Of a stretch of DNA of 64,000 bases, positions 33,468 to 46,394 are shown piece by piece. The translations under genes and the position numbers were made by a program. The stretch comes from the human T2T-CHM13v2.0 reference genome, Homo sapiens: the NCBI RefSeq assembly GCF_009914755.1, contig NC_060936.1; one strand, 5' to 3'. Under the pieces are notes generated by a model that did not search any database, had not been told where the DNA came from, and saw only the letters and a program-made list of their open reading frames with translations. The stretch's first letter is position 1. Each line of letters begins with the position of its first letter.

Positions 33468-33583
33468 CAGAGGAGGACGAGGGGGAGGAGAGGAGCAGGA
33501 GGGCAGGGCAGAGAAGGAGGAGGAGGAGGACGGTGCAGAGGAGGAGGAGGAGGAGGAAGAGGACAGGGCAGAGGAGGAGGGAG
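33468..33583 (+). repeat. GGA-rich purine tract, (GGA)5 at 33516-33530 and (GGA)6 at 33540-33557
   Basis: Direct count. Confidence 0.9.
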
Positions 33584-33693
33584 TTGGCGGCCGCCGAGCC
33601 CCGGGCAGCGGGCCCCGTCCGCGGCCGGCGCGCTCCGTGGTCCTCCCTCGCTCGTCTCCTATGCTCATATTTGGACTCGGCTGCCCGTGCCCA

Positions 33694-33703
33694 GGAATTT
33701 CCC
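33694..33703 (-). promoter_or_regulatory. Consensus NF-kB site
   Basis: GGAATTTCCC is the reverse complement of GGGAAATTCC (canonical kB element). Confidence 0.4.
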
Positions 33704-33792
33704 GTCATGCCTCCCGCCGCCCCGTCCGTCGCCCGGAGCCGGGGAGGGAGGGAGCGAGGTTCGGACACCGGCGGCGGCTGCCTGGCCTTTCC

Positions 33793-33889
33793 ATGAGCCC
33801 GCGGCGGACCCTCCCGCGCCCCCTCTCGCTCTGCCTCTCCCTCTGCCTCTGCCTCTGCCTGGCCGCGGCTCTGGGAAGTGCGCAGTCCG
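33793..33889 (+). CDS. MSRB3: MSRB3 exon 1 coding part: ER signal peptide of MsrB3A
   Basis: ATG 33793; MSPRRTLPRPLSLCLSLCLCLCLAAALGSAQS+G; donor CCG|GTAAGT (phase 1). Matches the known N-terminus of methionine-R-sulfoxide reductase B3 isoform A. Confidence 0.95.
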
Positions 33890-34651
33890 GTAAGTTCGGG
33901 CTCCCCTCCCCTCTCCTCCTCGCCTCACCCCTCCCACCCCGACCCTGCCACGTTAGGGTGTGACCCCGAGCCGGGATTCCATTCTGCGCCTGCTGCGCCC
34001 CCTCGGCCACCTGCGGGGACAGCCCCTGCCTCAGCCGAGAAGGGGAGCAGAAGGGTTGCGCCCCGCGCCAGCGGTGAGGGGCCGAACGGAAGGAGGTCAG
34101 GGCTGGTTTCCCCCCACCCGCCGAAGGGAGGCGTCTGGCAGCCTCACTGACACCTTATCCTGTCCCGGGAGCGAACCTGAACCCGCGGGAGCCTCTCGCC
34201 CCGCGCGGGCCCAGGAGAGAGGGATCTGGCGGGGCAGCCCGCGGGAGGCAGGGGAGGGGTCCATCCCGGAGCCCTCTGCTCTGTGCGTCGACCCTGCCGG
34301 GGTTGCCGCTCAGATAACGGGCCCGAGGCGTGGGAACCGGCCCGCCAGGCCTGCGCTTTTCGCCGCGCGCCTCGGAGAGGACGGGGGTGCGGGGCGGCGG
34401 GCAGGCGGCAGGGAGGGGCGCACCCGGGAGCGCACCCGCCGCCCGCCCTCCCTGCGCTGCTGCCCCGCTGCTGGGCCAGACTCCAGCGGGCCCGCCTGGC
34501 ATTTCACAGGCCAAAATCGAACAGAACCCCGAGTTTGCCAGGTATCAGTTTTGCTTTGTTTTTAAGCAGAAAAAGGCATCCAAGTCTATTTTTGAAGTTT
34601 TACACTGGGCTATTTCGAGTCAAACTATATGAATGAAAAGTGCTGTTCCTG

Positions 34652-34661
34652 CCTTATTTGG
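34652..34661. promoter_or_regulatory. Perfect CArG box in MSRB3 intron 1
   Basis: CCTTATTTGG (reverse complement CCAAATAAGG). Confidence 0.5.
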
Positions 34662-35969
34662 TTTAGGGCTAATAGCTATCGGAAGTGGCAGTTATGAAGT
34701 CGTTACAGTAAGACTTTATAAGATAATCTTCTTGAATCATGTGGGAACTGTTGGGGGGAATTTAATATCAGATTATTATTTTAAAAAGCAGTTATTTTAA
34801 AGTACAAAGGTAGGGATAAAGGTAAATGTGAAATTGCATGGACTTTTACGTTTGTGATGAGTAGTCGTCAAAGCTTCTTGCTTCTTAATTTTATCGGGAA
34901 TGGAAGAATATAAATTATAATTCCTTAGAGCTGAGATTTCTTAGGAGATTTTAGTTTGCTTTTGTTTTTTCTACCAATAGACTAAATTGTCAAATAAGAT
35001 ATGGCAAACTAGGACTCATAAATTAGTTGAAACATGACTCTATGAAGCATAGATTATATTCAGTACTCTCTGGTTTATCTCTTCATATTTTCATTTGCAG
35101 CGCTGGTGGCAAGATCGATTTTCAAAAACAATTTTGTCTATAAAAAAACTTCAGGGTTCATATAACTTATAAAATTGTCAGTTCAGATTAATGGCAGATA
35201 TTTACAATATTTAACTTTATTCAATTTGCAATTTGTAAATAGTAACTTGAGCAGTGATATCAGTTTCATGTTTCTTTCTGCATAGTATTGTTTTTCAAAA
35301 AAACCCTGTTTTTTATAGATTCATATTTTGGAAGTAACTTTAATAGCACTTCTTGGGAAATACAACAGGTTCTAATTTCACATTTTTCAATGGATTTCTA
35401 AAAAATACTGTGCTGGATAGTGAAGAGTGGATTTTATTGCCAGGAAACATATGTATGCTTTCTTTTTCCTCAGTGATGTGTTGACTTACCTAATACTTGT
35501 GGTGAAACGGCCTTCGAAGACCAGAATCCACTGTACTGGCCCCTTGCCAGTAATTTTGAACATCAAGTTTATATTTGGACCATTTAAACATATATTCTTT
35601 TAATTCCGGTCCCAGCTGATATATCAGTCTAATTTCTGATGACTTTTATTAGGGCCCTATATGAATATCTGGAAATTTTTATATTAAGATAAGTAGCTCT
35701 TTGCTACTTATCTAGAATTTTGTCACAGTGCTTAAACTGCTTGTATGGCAAGGTTGCAGCATACAATGTAATTTAGATTTTGAATCAACACACTGCTTTT
35801 TGTTTTTAAAAGTGCTTGTTCTAATATTTTAACTAAGATGTTAATCCATTAAGTCAGAAATCCTTGCTATTTTGCTCAACTCAAAAGAATATCCAAAGAC
35901 TATCCCAACAGTAAGGTTCATCAGTTTTTCTAATACATATGCCATTTAATAATTAAAAATAGATTTTAA

Positions 35970-36219
35970 GGCCACGTGTGGTGGCTCATGCCTGTAATGC
36001 AACACTTTGGGAGGCCAGTGTGGGAGGATTGCTTGAACCCAGGAGTTCGAGACCGGCCTGGTCAACATAGGGATACCCTGTCTCTACAAAAATTAAAAAA
36101 AAATTAGCTGGGCATAGTGGCTCACTCCTGTGGTCTCAGCTACTTGGGAAGCCAAAGTGGGAGGATTGCTTGGGCCAGGGAGATCGAGGCTGTGGTAAGC
36201 CGTGATCACACCACTGCAT
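35970..36219 (+). mobile_element. AluJ-like, 3'-truncated
   Basis: Alu sequence stops at CCACTGCA with no A tail. Confidence 0.88.
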
Positions 36220-36812
36220 TTTTGGTTCTGTCATAATCTGGTCACAATCCCTCTAATTTATCTGCACCTGTATAATTAATTTATCATAGTTATGGATTTG
36301 GTTGATGAATTTGATTCCCATGTTTAGCTTCTCGGTAAAATTATTAAGTTGGACAGTTTCCATGTCTCTTCTAACTCCAAGATCCTATAATGTTGTTTTT
36401 GTTTATGTAACTCTTCAGAGCCACCTACTACATGTGGTTCAAACTTCTGATTGTCAGCCTGTGACTTGCTATACATGTCAAACTGGCCTACCTTAGCCAG
36501 ATGTGATGGGTGTGGTCCAGTGTTGGAGAGTCCGGATCTGTCTCAGGATTGTGTTAATACCTGGAACATGCACAAAGATACATACATACCTGGACAGATT
36601 CCGTGTTAAGCTTCTATCACTTTTTCTTCCTCATCTAATAGCAGAAAGTGCTGATTATGTCATAGGGTAAATGCCTAACTGGTTTTTGGGGATAGTTAAG
36701 CCCAGGCCTTAAGACAGTTTGATATTCAGTTTTGTTATTTAGGTCTGGGTTAGGGATACCGCCAGAGAGCATCCAAACATTTCTGTGGTTGGGAAGGCTA
36801 GTTATCTGTGAG

Positions 36813-36839
36813 CATTCCAGATGAAATAGCCTATAATGG
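36813..36839. promoter_or_regulatory. MCAT (TEAD) plus CArG (SRF) composite, candidate intronic enhancer
   Basis: CATTCCA 36813-36819 and CCTATAATGG 36830-36839 in apparently unique sequence. Confidence 0.45.
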
Positions 36840-37058
36840 GTTATCACCTTTTGATCTTACCTCAGAGAAGACTGAATTGGATCTACCTATCTGATTTAGC
36901 AGAATTAAACTGGATTTGGATGGAAGGGTAATCAGCTATTTAATTTGCCAGTTGTTAGTTAGCATTTCTTCTTGCTGTATCTCAAGGATTTACTTTGAAT
37001 ATTCTGTATTTTCTCTTTCCTGCCCATGATGGGTTTTCCTTTTAAAATGCTCAGCACA

Positions 37059-37356
37059 GGCTGGGTGTGGTGGCTCACGCCTGTAATCCCAGCACTTTAG
37101 GAGGCCGAGGCAGGCAGATCACCTGAGGTCAGGAGTTTGAGACCAGCCTGGCCAACACGGTGAAACCCTGTCTCTATGAAAAATACAAAAATTAGCCGGG
37201 CATGGTGGTGGGCACCTGTAATCCCAACTACTCAGGAGGCTGAGGCAGGAGAATAACTTGAACCAGGGAAGCGGATGTTGCAGTGAGCCAAGATCATGCC
37301 ACTGCACTCCAGCCTGGGCGACAAGAGCAAAACTCTGTCTCAAAAAAAAAAAAAAA
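37059..37356 (+). mobile_element. AluS-like
   Basis: Full dimer; TSD TGCTCAGCACA. Confidence 0.95.
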
Positions 37357-38457
37357 TTGCTCAGCACAGTCCCTCATCCCTGTTCATATATTTGTCTGTA
37401 TAGTATGCTGAAGTCATGTTTATGGCTTTAAGGGAAGTACAAAAAAGGAAAGTATAGAAAAGATCAAACAAACGCATCGAACAATTGACTTTATGAAAGA
37501 TTTTGGTTATTGCCTCATTTAAGCTTCTATTGCAGTAACAGAAATGAACTAGTTTTAGCAAAAAGGAAGAAAGGAATTTGTTGGAAAACCATTGGAAGTC
37601 AAATGCAGGCAGACCTCATTTAGGGCCTGAGATAAGGGACTGGAAAAATCTAGAACATTCCCTGTCTCTAGTTTGCTTCACTGTTTTTTCTTTGCTGGTG
37701 TTTTTTTTTTTTTTTTTCTCTTCATGGTTAGATGTGGCTGCTCAGCAGCTCCTGAGTATTTATGTGTCCCTTCATAAGGAGGGACTATATTATTGAGCCT
37801 TGATCCTAAATTCCTGGGAGGTAGAACCTGATAGACACAGTTTAGGTCACATGGTTGACCTAGATTTTCCCTAAAGTCTCTTCTAATTCTAGAGTATCTG
37901 ATGTACGTAGTACAGCCATGTAGATGGTTTGATTTTGCATTTTTCCATTTTATGTTATGAGGTTATAGTCCTTAAAATGAATTGTGAACATTTTCTCTGA
38001 TAACAACTAATTCACTCTGCAAATAATCATCTGCATATTTTCAGGAATTCACTGAATAAAATGCTGACCTCCAGTGGCTCTTTAGGATAAGTTCATTAAA
38101 ACTATAAGTGGTAGAGATATTTGAAACAGTAATAGCTTAGGGACTGAGAATTTATCAGTTGTTTTCCTATTTCTCACACATATCTAACATTTTCTGTCTC
38201 TACCTTTCCTTTAGGCTGTTCCTACTGCCTGGACCTCTTCTCTATCACAACAGGTTGAAGTCTTTAAGGCCTCTGTCAGATGGTAGTTTGTGACATTTTC
38301 TTCATACCACAGAATTTGTAATTTCCTTGTGCTTCTAAGGTGTTTTGGACCATGGTTGGAGTACAAGTTTTACTATATTGTCTTGTGTTGTAGTTAAGTC
38401 CATATATATTCAACTTCACTAAACTATAAATTCCATATGTCAGTGAATCACCTAGAA

Positions 38458-38756
38458 TTTTTTTTTTTTTTTGAGATAGGATCTCACTCTGTCACCCAGA
38501 CTGGAGTGCAGTGGCACACTCATGGCTCACTGCAGCCTCGAACTCCCTAGAATCAGGTGATTCTCCCACTCCAGCCTTCTGAGTAGCTGGGCCTACAGGC
38601 ACCTGCCACCATGCCCAGCTAATTGTAGTATTTTTTTGTAGAGATGGGGTTTCACCATGTTGGCCAGGCTGGTCTTAAACTCCTGACCTCAAGTGATCTG
38701 CCAGCCTTGGCTTCCCAAAGTGCTAGGATTACAGGCATGAGCCACTGCACTCAGCT
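38458..38756 (-). mobile_element. Alu (J/S)
   Basis: Poly-T plus antisense dimer. Confidence 0.9.
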
Positions 38757-40576
38757 AGAAGAATTCTGATAGGCTCTCAGCATCCATTGTTCCAGGTATA
38801 ACAATTCTGACTTTTTCAGATACTCTGATGCTTTTATGGTATCCTGCTTGCTGCTGTCTTCTTTTGAAATTGGAGTTCAATCACTCTGCTTTTCTTTCTT
38901 AATACTTGTCTGTTTCCTAGATTTTACATGCTTTTCCATGAACACTAATTTCCTGTATGAAGAGGGAATATACAAATGATAGGATGCTTTCCTGTAACTG
39001 AGATGGCAGGGGGAAGGAGAGGACAGCAACTCATACAGAAGGAAATCAGCTTTTGTTGAGCACCCAGAATTTACCAGATCAGATAGAGAGGACAGGTGTA
39101 GAAGAAAATGAGCATGTATAAAGTGGAATAGTGGGACAATAAAGTACAAATATGGAAAATTAAGTGGAAGGCTTTTAATGCTGTTAGGGAACTTGGATTG
39201 GGTTAGTAAGTTATGAGACTGACATTTTTGATCCTTGAAATGTCATAATCAGAGGTGAATTATAGGTTATATAATCCAATAGTTTAGATAATTAATTAAA
39301 TTGGGAAATAAGTCATAGGACCAATAAAGAAGTGTTTTGAGAGTTTCTCTTAAGGAATGAAGACCTAACGAGAATAGCGGCACCGCAGTAGAAGTGTTGC
39401 TAAAGTACATTGGACAGAAATAAGCAATTGGATATTGGGAAAGAAAGGGATGAATAAAAGGTGACATGAGATGTTAAGCCTGGGTGATGGAGAGAATGTG
39501 ATCTCAGCAGGTTTGTGGGTGGAGGTAAAAATAAGTTTTGTTCTAGATCTCTTGCTTTTGAGGTGCTGGTAGGATATTCCTGTGGAGATGTGTAGTAGAA
39601 TCCGAAGTGTGAAACTGGAACTTGGAGGGAGAGATCAAGGCTGGAAATAAAACATGTATGAGTAAGGAGAGTTAAAAATAAAGAGAAAAAGAGAGCATTT
39701 GTTAGCTGGAGTAAAAGGAAGGGTACAGGAAAAGCATCATAGAGAAGAGAGAATTTGATCTGACTTTAAAAGATGCCGAGTCGGTATATGGCATTCTGTT
39801 CACGAGCTTTCCTTGTTGAGGGGACATCACATTTACTAACTTGAGAGATAATACATGGGAAGTGTTGGACAAAGGATACTGCATCCAGAATGACCTTTCT
39901 AAACTACAAAATCATTTCCCCTCTTTCCTGCTTAACCCTCCCTCAGTGGCTTCTTATCTTTCTTCAGATAAAGGACTGACTCCTAAATGTCTTCATCATC
40001 ACCAATTTGAACACACATTGTGTCTCACACTCCTCCTCGTTCCTCACTCTTCTTCCCCAAGACTGGACAGAATGTGAAGAAGATATGATTTCCACCAGAT
40101 GGAGTACTCTTTATACTTTTTTGGGGTCCTTTATGGTTACTTTTTGTGGCCATGGTCAGGTTCTTATCCATAAAATAATTATTGATAACTTCCTAATGTA
40201 AAATGAAAAATAATGATAAATCACATACTTCCCTCATTTTTACAGAATTCCTTGCTTGCCTTATCTCTTCAAGTGTTGACTGCAAGGTTCCTGTACACTT
40301 ACTTGAGTTGGCCACTCCGGTCACTATACCCTGATCTCTGACACTTGGCCGTGGTAGCCTGGAGCAGCATTGTTACTGGGCATTGCTGTGATTGGGTTAC
40401 CCAGCTGTGCTGATGTGGAAACCTCAGGGCTATTTATTGATACTTGGTTTCCTAAAGGAAAGTTGAGGGAATGTATTTTATGAGAGGGCTTTATTTACAC
40501 GATTAAAGAGGTTTATAAAATGTGGAGATGAATATAGGTGAAACAGAGAAAGAATGCTGGTATAGGAGGTGTTTTC

Positions 40577-40870
40577 GGCTGGGTTTGGTGGCTCATACCC
40601 GTAATCCCAGCACTTTGGGAGGCTGAGGCGGGTGGATCACTTGAGTCCAGCCTGGGCGGCGTAGTGAGACCCATCTCTACAAAAACTACAAAAATTAGCT
40701 GGGCATTGTGTTGCATGCTTGTAGTCCTGGCTACTCAGGAGGCTGAGGTGAGAGGATTGCTTGAGCCCAGGAAGCAGAGGTTGCAGTGAGCCAAGATCGT
40801 GCCACTGCACTCCAGACTGGGCAATAGAGTGAGACCCTATCTCAGAAAACAAACAAAAATCCCCAAAAAA
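40577..40870 (+). mobile_element. AluJ-like with a left-arm deletion
   Basis: Alu dimer lacking part of the left arm. Confidence 0.88.
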
Positions 40871-41758
40871 CCAGGAAGTGTTTTCTTAGGGTCTAGTTCC
40901 CAGGCGAATGGTATATCCTGATTCTAGGTTTATAAAAATAGTATATTATTCATAACATTTGTCTAAAGTGACACATTTACATACAGTATATAGTATTGAG
41001 TAATTTCCAACTCTTTAAAAATAATGGAGACCCTTTCATGTAGTAGTAACTATGTTTTTAGTATCTGTTGACTGAGAAAATACGTAACAGCAAAAGCTAC
41101 TATAAAACTTTGAAATAAGTTCTTGTAAATGTAAAAAAAATTCTCATATATTTGGAAAGTATACATGTGGAAATTATGACTTATAGAGTCTATGGACACT
41201 TGATTTCTTGCTTTATGGATACTCTCAGGAAGTTCTGGTCTCAACTTTGAGTATCTCATTGTCCTCTTATTTTAGAATGTGGGGTATGGGGGAAAACTTC
41301 TATTTGAAAATTTGAGCCATAGCGGAAATTTTGGAATGACAGGGAAACACCTTCTCAGAATCCTCTTACAATAAAATTTATATATGTTATGCCAGACAAT
41401 GTACTTTATACTAAGACTGGACTTTTAAATAGTCTCATGGATTAGAAGTCAGATACAATAAATAAATACTTTTTAAAAATTATATTTTTAGGTATATGAG
41501 CATTGTTGTTGGGACTACAGTGCTATTTTAAAGTGAAATTTAGTTGATTTGCATGTGAGTATACACCTACAGGTCTCTGTTATAGCCGTGACATGTCTTC
41601 TGTTACTATAAATTACATAACAAATCCTTATGGTTTCTTGGGTCACTTATTTTATTTAAAGACAAAAACATCTTTCAGTACATATGTAAGACTTAAGGCA
41701 TTATTGAAAATAAGCCTGTGCTACATGGTAGAATCTATTAAAAAAAAAAAAACACTCA

Positions 41759-42094
<336 letters not shown>

Positions 42095-42155
42095 TCAGGA
42101 CAGTCTTTGTATAAATTAGATAGCCCTAAATTTTATGTTTGTTCTTTCATTTCTC

Positions 42156-42449
42156 TTTTTTTTTTTTTTTTGGCTGCCGCCCAGGCTGGAGTGCCATGGC
42201 AGGATCATAGCACACTGCACACTGTAGCCTTGACCTCCTGGGCTCAAGTGATCCTCCCACCTCAGCCTCCTGAGTAGCTAGGACTACAGGCTTGTGTCAT
42301 CATGCATGGCTAATTTTTTAAAAAAAATTTATGTAGAGATAGGGTCTCCCTATGTTTCCCAGGTAGGTCTTGAACTCCTGGACTTAAGCAGTCCTCCCAC
42401 CTTGGCCTCTCAAAGTGCTGGGATTATAGGCATGAGCCTCCACGCCCAG
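42156..42449 (-). mobile_element. AluJ-like, inverted relative to the previous Alu
   Basis: Poly-T plus antisense dimer. Confidence 0.9.
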
Positions 42450-43046
42450 TACATTTCTTTTGTTTTTATTGTGTTTGATTGTCAGAGAACCTGAGTTTGG
42501 TTGGGGTTGAGAGAGAACTATAGGGCCTATTATAGGTGAATACTTATTTTATCTTAGATTAGTGGTGTGTAGCTAAGGAAAGGTAAGGTCATATCTTCCT
42601 GTAACAGTCCAGATTAGATAGGGAAATGGGTGAAAAGCCACAAGTTGTTTTGCAACTCTGGTCTCACAGTAATTGAGAGCAAAAAGGAAAAAGTGCACTG
42701 TAGTCCCCCTTGTTTCTGATTTTGTGGGGTGTGAATATGCCTTCTAGTCAGATCGCCTTAGGGGGCCAGGAAGAGGAGGGTTGAGGGCAGAGCATGTTTA
42801 CCTGCGTGCAGAGCCACTTGAAAAATTATAGGCTCATTTACATATTTGCATCCTTGTGTATGTGTTTGTGTTGCAGGGGAGTCAGTGTAGTATTATGAAA
42901 AGAACATTTGACAGTGAATTGGAAAACTAGGTTTTTCTAGTCTTGTTTTTGCCTGAGTCGTTTAAGCTTCTTGTGCCTCAGTTTTCATATCTGCAAAATG
43001 AATGAATTGGACTGGGTAATACCTGGTGTTGCTTTAAGATTCTGTA

Positions 43047-43358
<312 letters not shown>

Positions 43359-44236
43359 TTAAGGATTATTTTAAAGTCTCCAACTTTCTGTAATTTTTAA
43401 TGGAAAAATATAGTTAATACAGTATGCAAAATTATGTCTTTTTAAAAAATATTTTGTTCAAGTTGACTATCTTGTGCGATTCACTATAAGTGTTACACTG
43501 CATCTAAGATCTTATGTTTGAACTTCGTAGCCTAGTGTGCCCAGTAATTTGAGCTACTGGCAAAGTTACATAACCCTTTTAAAGATTTAGTATTTAAAGA
43601 ATAGATTACAATGTATCAGAAGCATCATATTAAATATCCCATCTGAAGTAATGGTATTAAGGACTAGAAATTATGTCTTTCTAAATGTACAGCTGGGAAT
43701 TGCTTATTTATGCTTGACAATAGATTTCAGATGAGAAAAGTCCTCATTTAGCAGGATATATTACCATTGGAATTTGCCTCTGATTACCCTATTAAATATA
43801 TTTAACTCTTAAGGTTGGTTAATCTGGTCTTATTTTTAAAAAAAACTTCACTGTGAGTTTTAAAGAAAAAAACTTGGCTAATTTGATGATTTTAAAAAGT
43901 ATCTTCTCTTGCCTGTAAAATTCACTTATAAGATTTGTCCTTTTTATGAGAGAATATTTTATACACAAAAAAGAATATATAGTGTCTATATAAGGTATAA
44001 AGAATATTTTAAAAAAATCTGGGTACCCTCATCCAGCTTCAGAAATGAAATGTGAAAGATGCCTGTGAGACACACATTTCCTGTACTCAGAAGTACCCAT
44101 AGTCCTATATTTTGTGATTATCATTGAACACAAATAACTGATAAACCTTGCTTTCTTTATAGTTTTATCATAGATGTATGTCTCTATATCATATTGTTCA
44201 GTTTTGCATATGTTAGAACATTATATAAATGTTATT

Positions 44237-44537
44237 GGCCGGGCGTGGTGGCTCACGCCTGTATTCCCAGCACTTTGGGAGGCTGAGGTGGGCGGATCAC
44301 CTGAGGTCAGGAGTTTGAGGCTAGCCTGGCTAACAAGGCAAAACCCTGTCTCTACTAAAAATACAAAAGTTAGCCGGCATGGTGGCACGTGCCTGTAGTC
44401 CCAGCTACTCAGGAGGCTGAGGCAGGAGAATTGCTTGAACCGGGAGGCAGAGGTTGCAGTGAGCCAAGATTGTGCCATTGCACTCCAGCCTGGGTGACAG
44501 AGTGAGATTCTATCTAAAAATAAATAAATAAATAAAA
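44237..44537 (+). mobile_element. AluSx-like
   Basis: Full dimer with (TAAA)n tail. Confidence 0.93.
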
Positions 44538-44575
44538 GTTATCATCTGCTGTGTATCCTCTGTGACCTGCATTTT

Positions 44576-44955
44576 TTATCTTTTTAAATTGTATTTTAGG
44601 TGCAAGGGATACATGTGCAGGTTTGTTACATGGGTAAAGTACATGTCATGGGAGTTTGGTGTACAGATAATTTTGTCACCCAGGTAATCAGTATGGTATA
44701 GGTAATTTTTCAATCCTCACCCATCTTCCACCCTCAAATAGGCCCCAGTGTCGATTGTTCCTTTCTTTATATCCATGTGTACTAGATGTTTAGCTCCCAC
44801 TTAGAACATGTGGCATCTGGTTTTCTTTTCCTGCATTAATTTGTTTAGGATTATGGTCTCCAGTTCCATTCATGTTGCTTCAAAGGCCATGATCACATTT
44901 TTTATAGCTATGTAGTATTCCATGATGTATGTGTACCATGTTTTCTTTATCCCCC
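44576..44955 (-). mobile_element. L1PA 3' end (antisense)
   Basis: ACATGTGCAGGTTTGTTACATGGGTAAA...AGCTCCCACTTA, antisense primate L1 3' UTR. Confidence 0.88.
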
Positions 44956-46086
44956 ACAAAATTATGTTTATGTTATCTATATTGGTGTATATAACTCATC
45001 TTTCTAAAACTTAGCATTTATTATCCATATGTTTTTCTACTTTTTAATTTATTTATGCTCCTTGGACATTTATCCATTAGGATTCTTGTGTTTTCCTATG
45101 GAGTCAAATCTGTATTTTCTCCTATTACTTTCAAGCTTCATTATCTATATATTTAAAAATAATAATAATAGTGATGATAATAGTGATAATAATACCAACC
45201 ACTTACAGATATGTGCTATGTGTCAGGCACTATTCTAAATATTTATTTATTACAGTTTTATCAAGGAAGTACAATATCATCATGATAAATCATATATTAA
45301 GATTAAGGACTGAGGCAAGAGTGTTCAGTAATTTGTATGACTGTGATTTAATCTGGCAGTCTGACTCCAGAGTCTGTGTTTGTAATCATTCCACTACTTT
45401 GACTCCTATGTAGTCTTTTCTTTTAATTATGCCTTTTCCCATTTAACTTTTTAAGATATTTAAACATTTCTATGACATTCAAAAGAGAATGGCCCTAGTG
45501 TGATGTTCAAATGGGTTCTACTGTACGACACCGGTTGCTCAAAGCCATGACACAATGTAATTTTCCATGATTTTGTTCTACAGGTCTTTTAAAAATTCTC
45601 TGGGATTCACTATTGCTTTTCTTTTTCCTAACTGGGGGGAAAAGTATGCCTTATTTGTTATCCTTCTAAAATATTTCAGTTTTTTACTTTTGGTCTGTGG
45701 TTTGGAATTGATTCCCTTGATTTCCTTTGTGTGTTCGGACTAGTTTCTTCATATTTGGACAATGCCCTCCTCTTTTGAAAAATATTGATATGACCTTAGA
45801 TGAATCACTTAATCTTCCTGAGCTTTGACTTTTTCAAGTAAGTTGCATCTGTTAAGTAATGAATATTTTAAAATCAGACATATATAATTGCTAATCAGAA
45901 CTCCTTTTCAGTATGAAATAACCAAGGGAGTTCATGAGGGGAAATAAAGTTTTTGATAGTGATTGGAAACTACTGATTTTACCCAAACCCCTCAAATTAC
46001 AGAAGAAACATTGGCAGAGATGTACCACAACTTTGTAACACAACTTTCTTTTACAGCTTTAATTTTTTCCTAAGGTAGCTAGCTAA

Positions 46087-46394
<308 letters not shown>

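Larger units (their letters stand above)
33300..34530 (+). promoter_or_regulatory. MSRB3: MSRB3 CpG-island promoter and first exon region
   Basis: Abrupt GC- and CpG-rich block in AT-rich surroundings, containing the first coding exon. Confidence 0.93.

Noticed and set aside
33280-34636. Many overlapping 90-200 aa ORFs on both strands, including an acidic poly-E ORF at 33376-33963
   Set aside because: Stop-codon scarcity in a CpG island and GGA repeats. Only 33793-33889 has a matching donor and a recognisable protein; the uORFs are treated separately.
40230-40460. Possible cryptic exon after TTTTTACAG at ~40245
   Set aside because: Acceptor-like signal only; no convincing donor or frame evidence.
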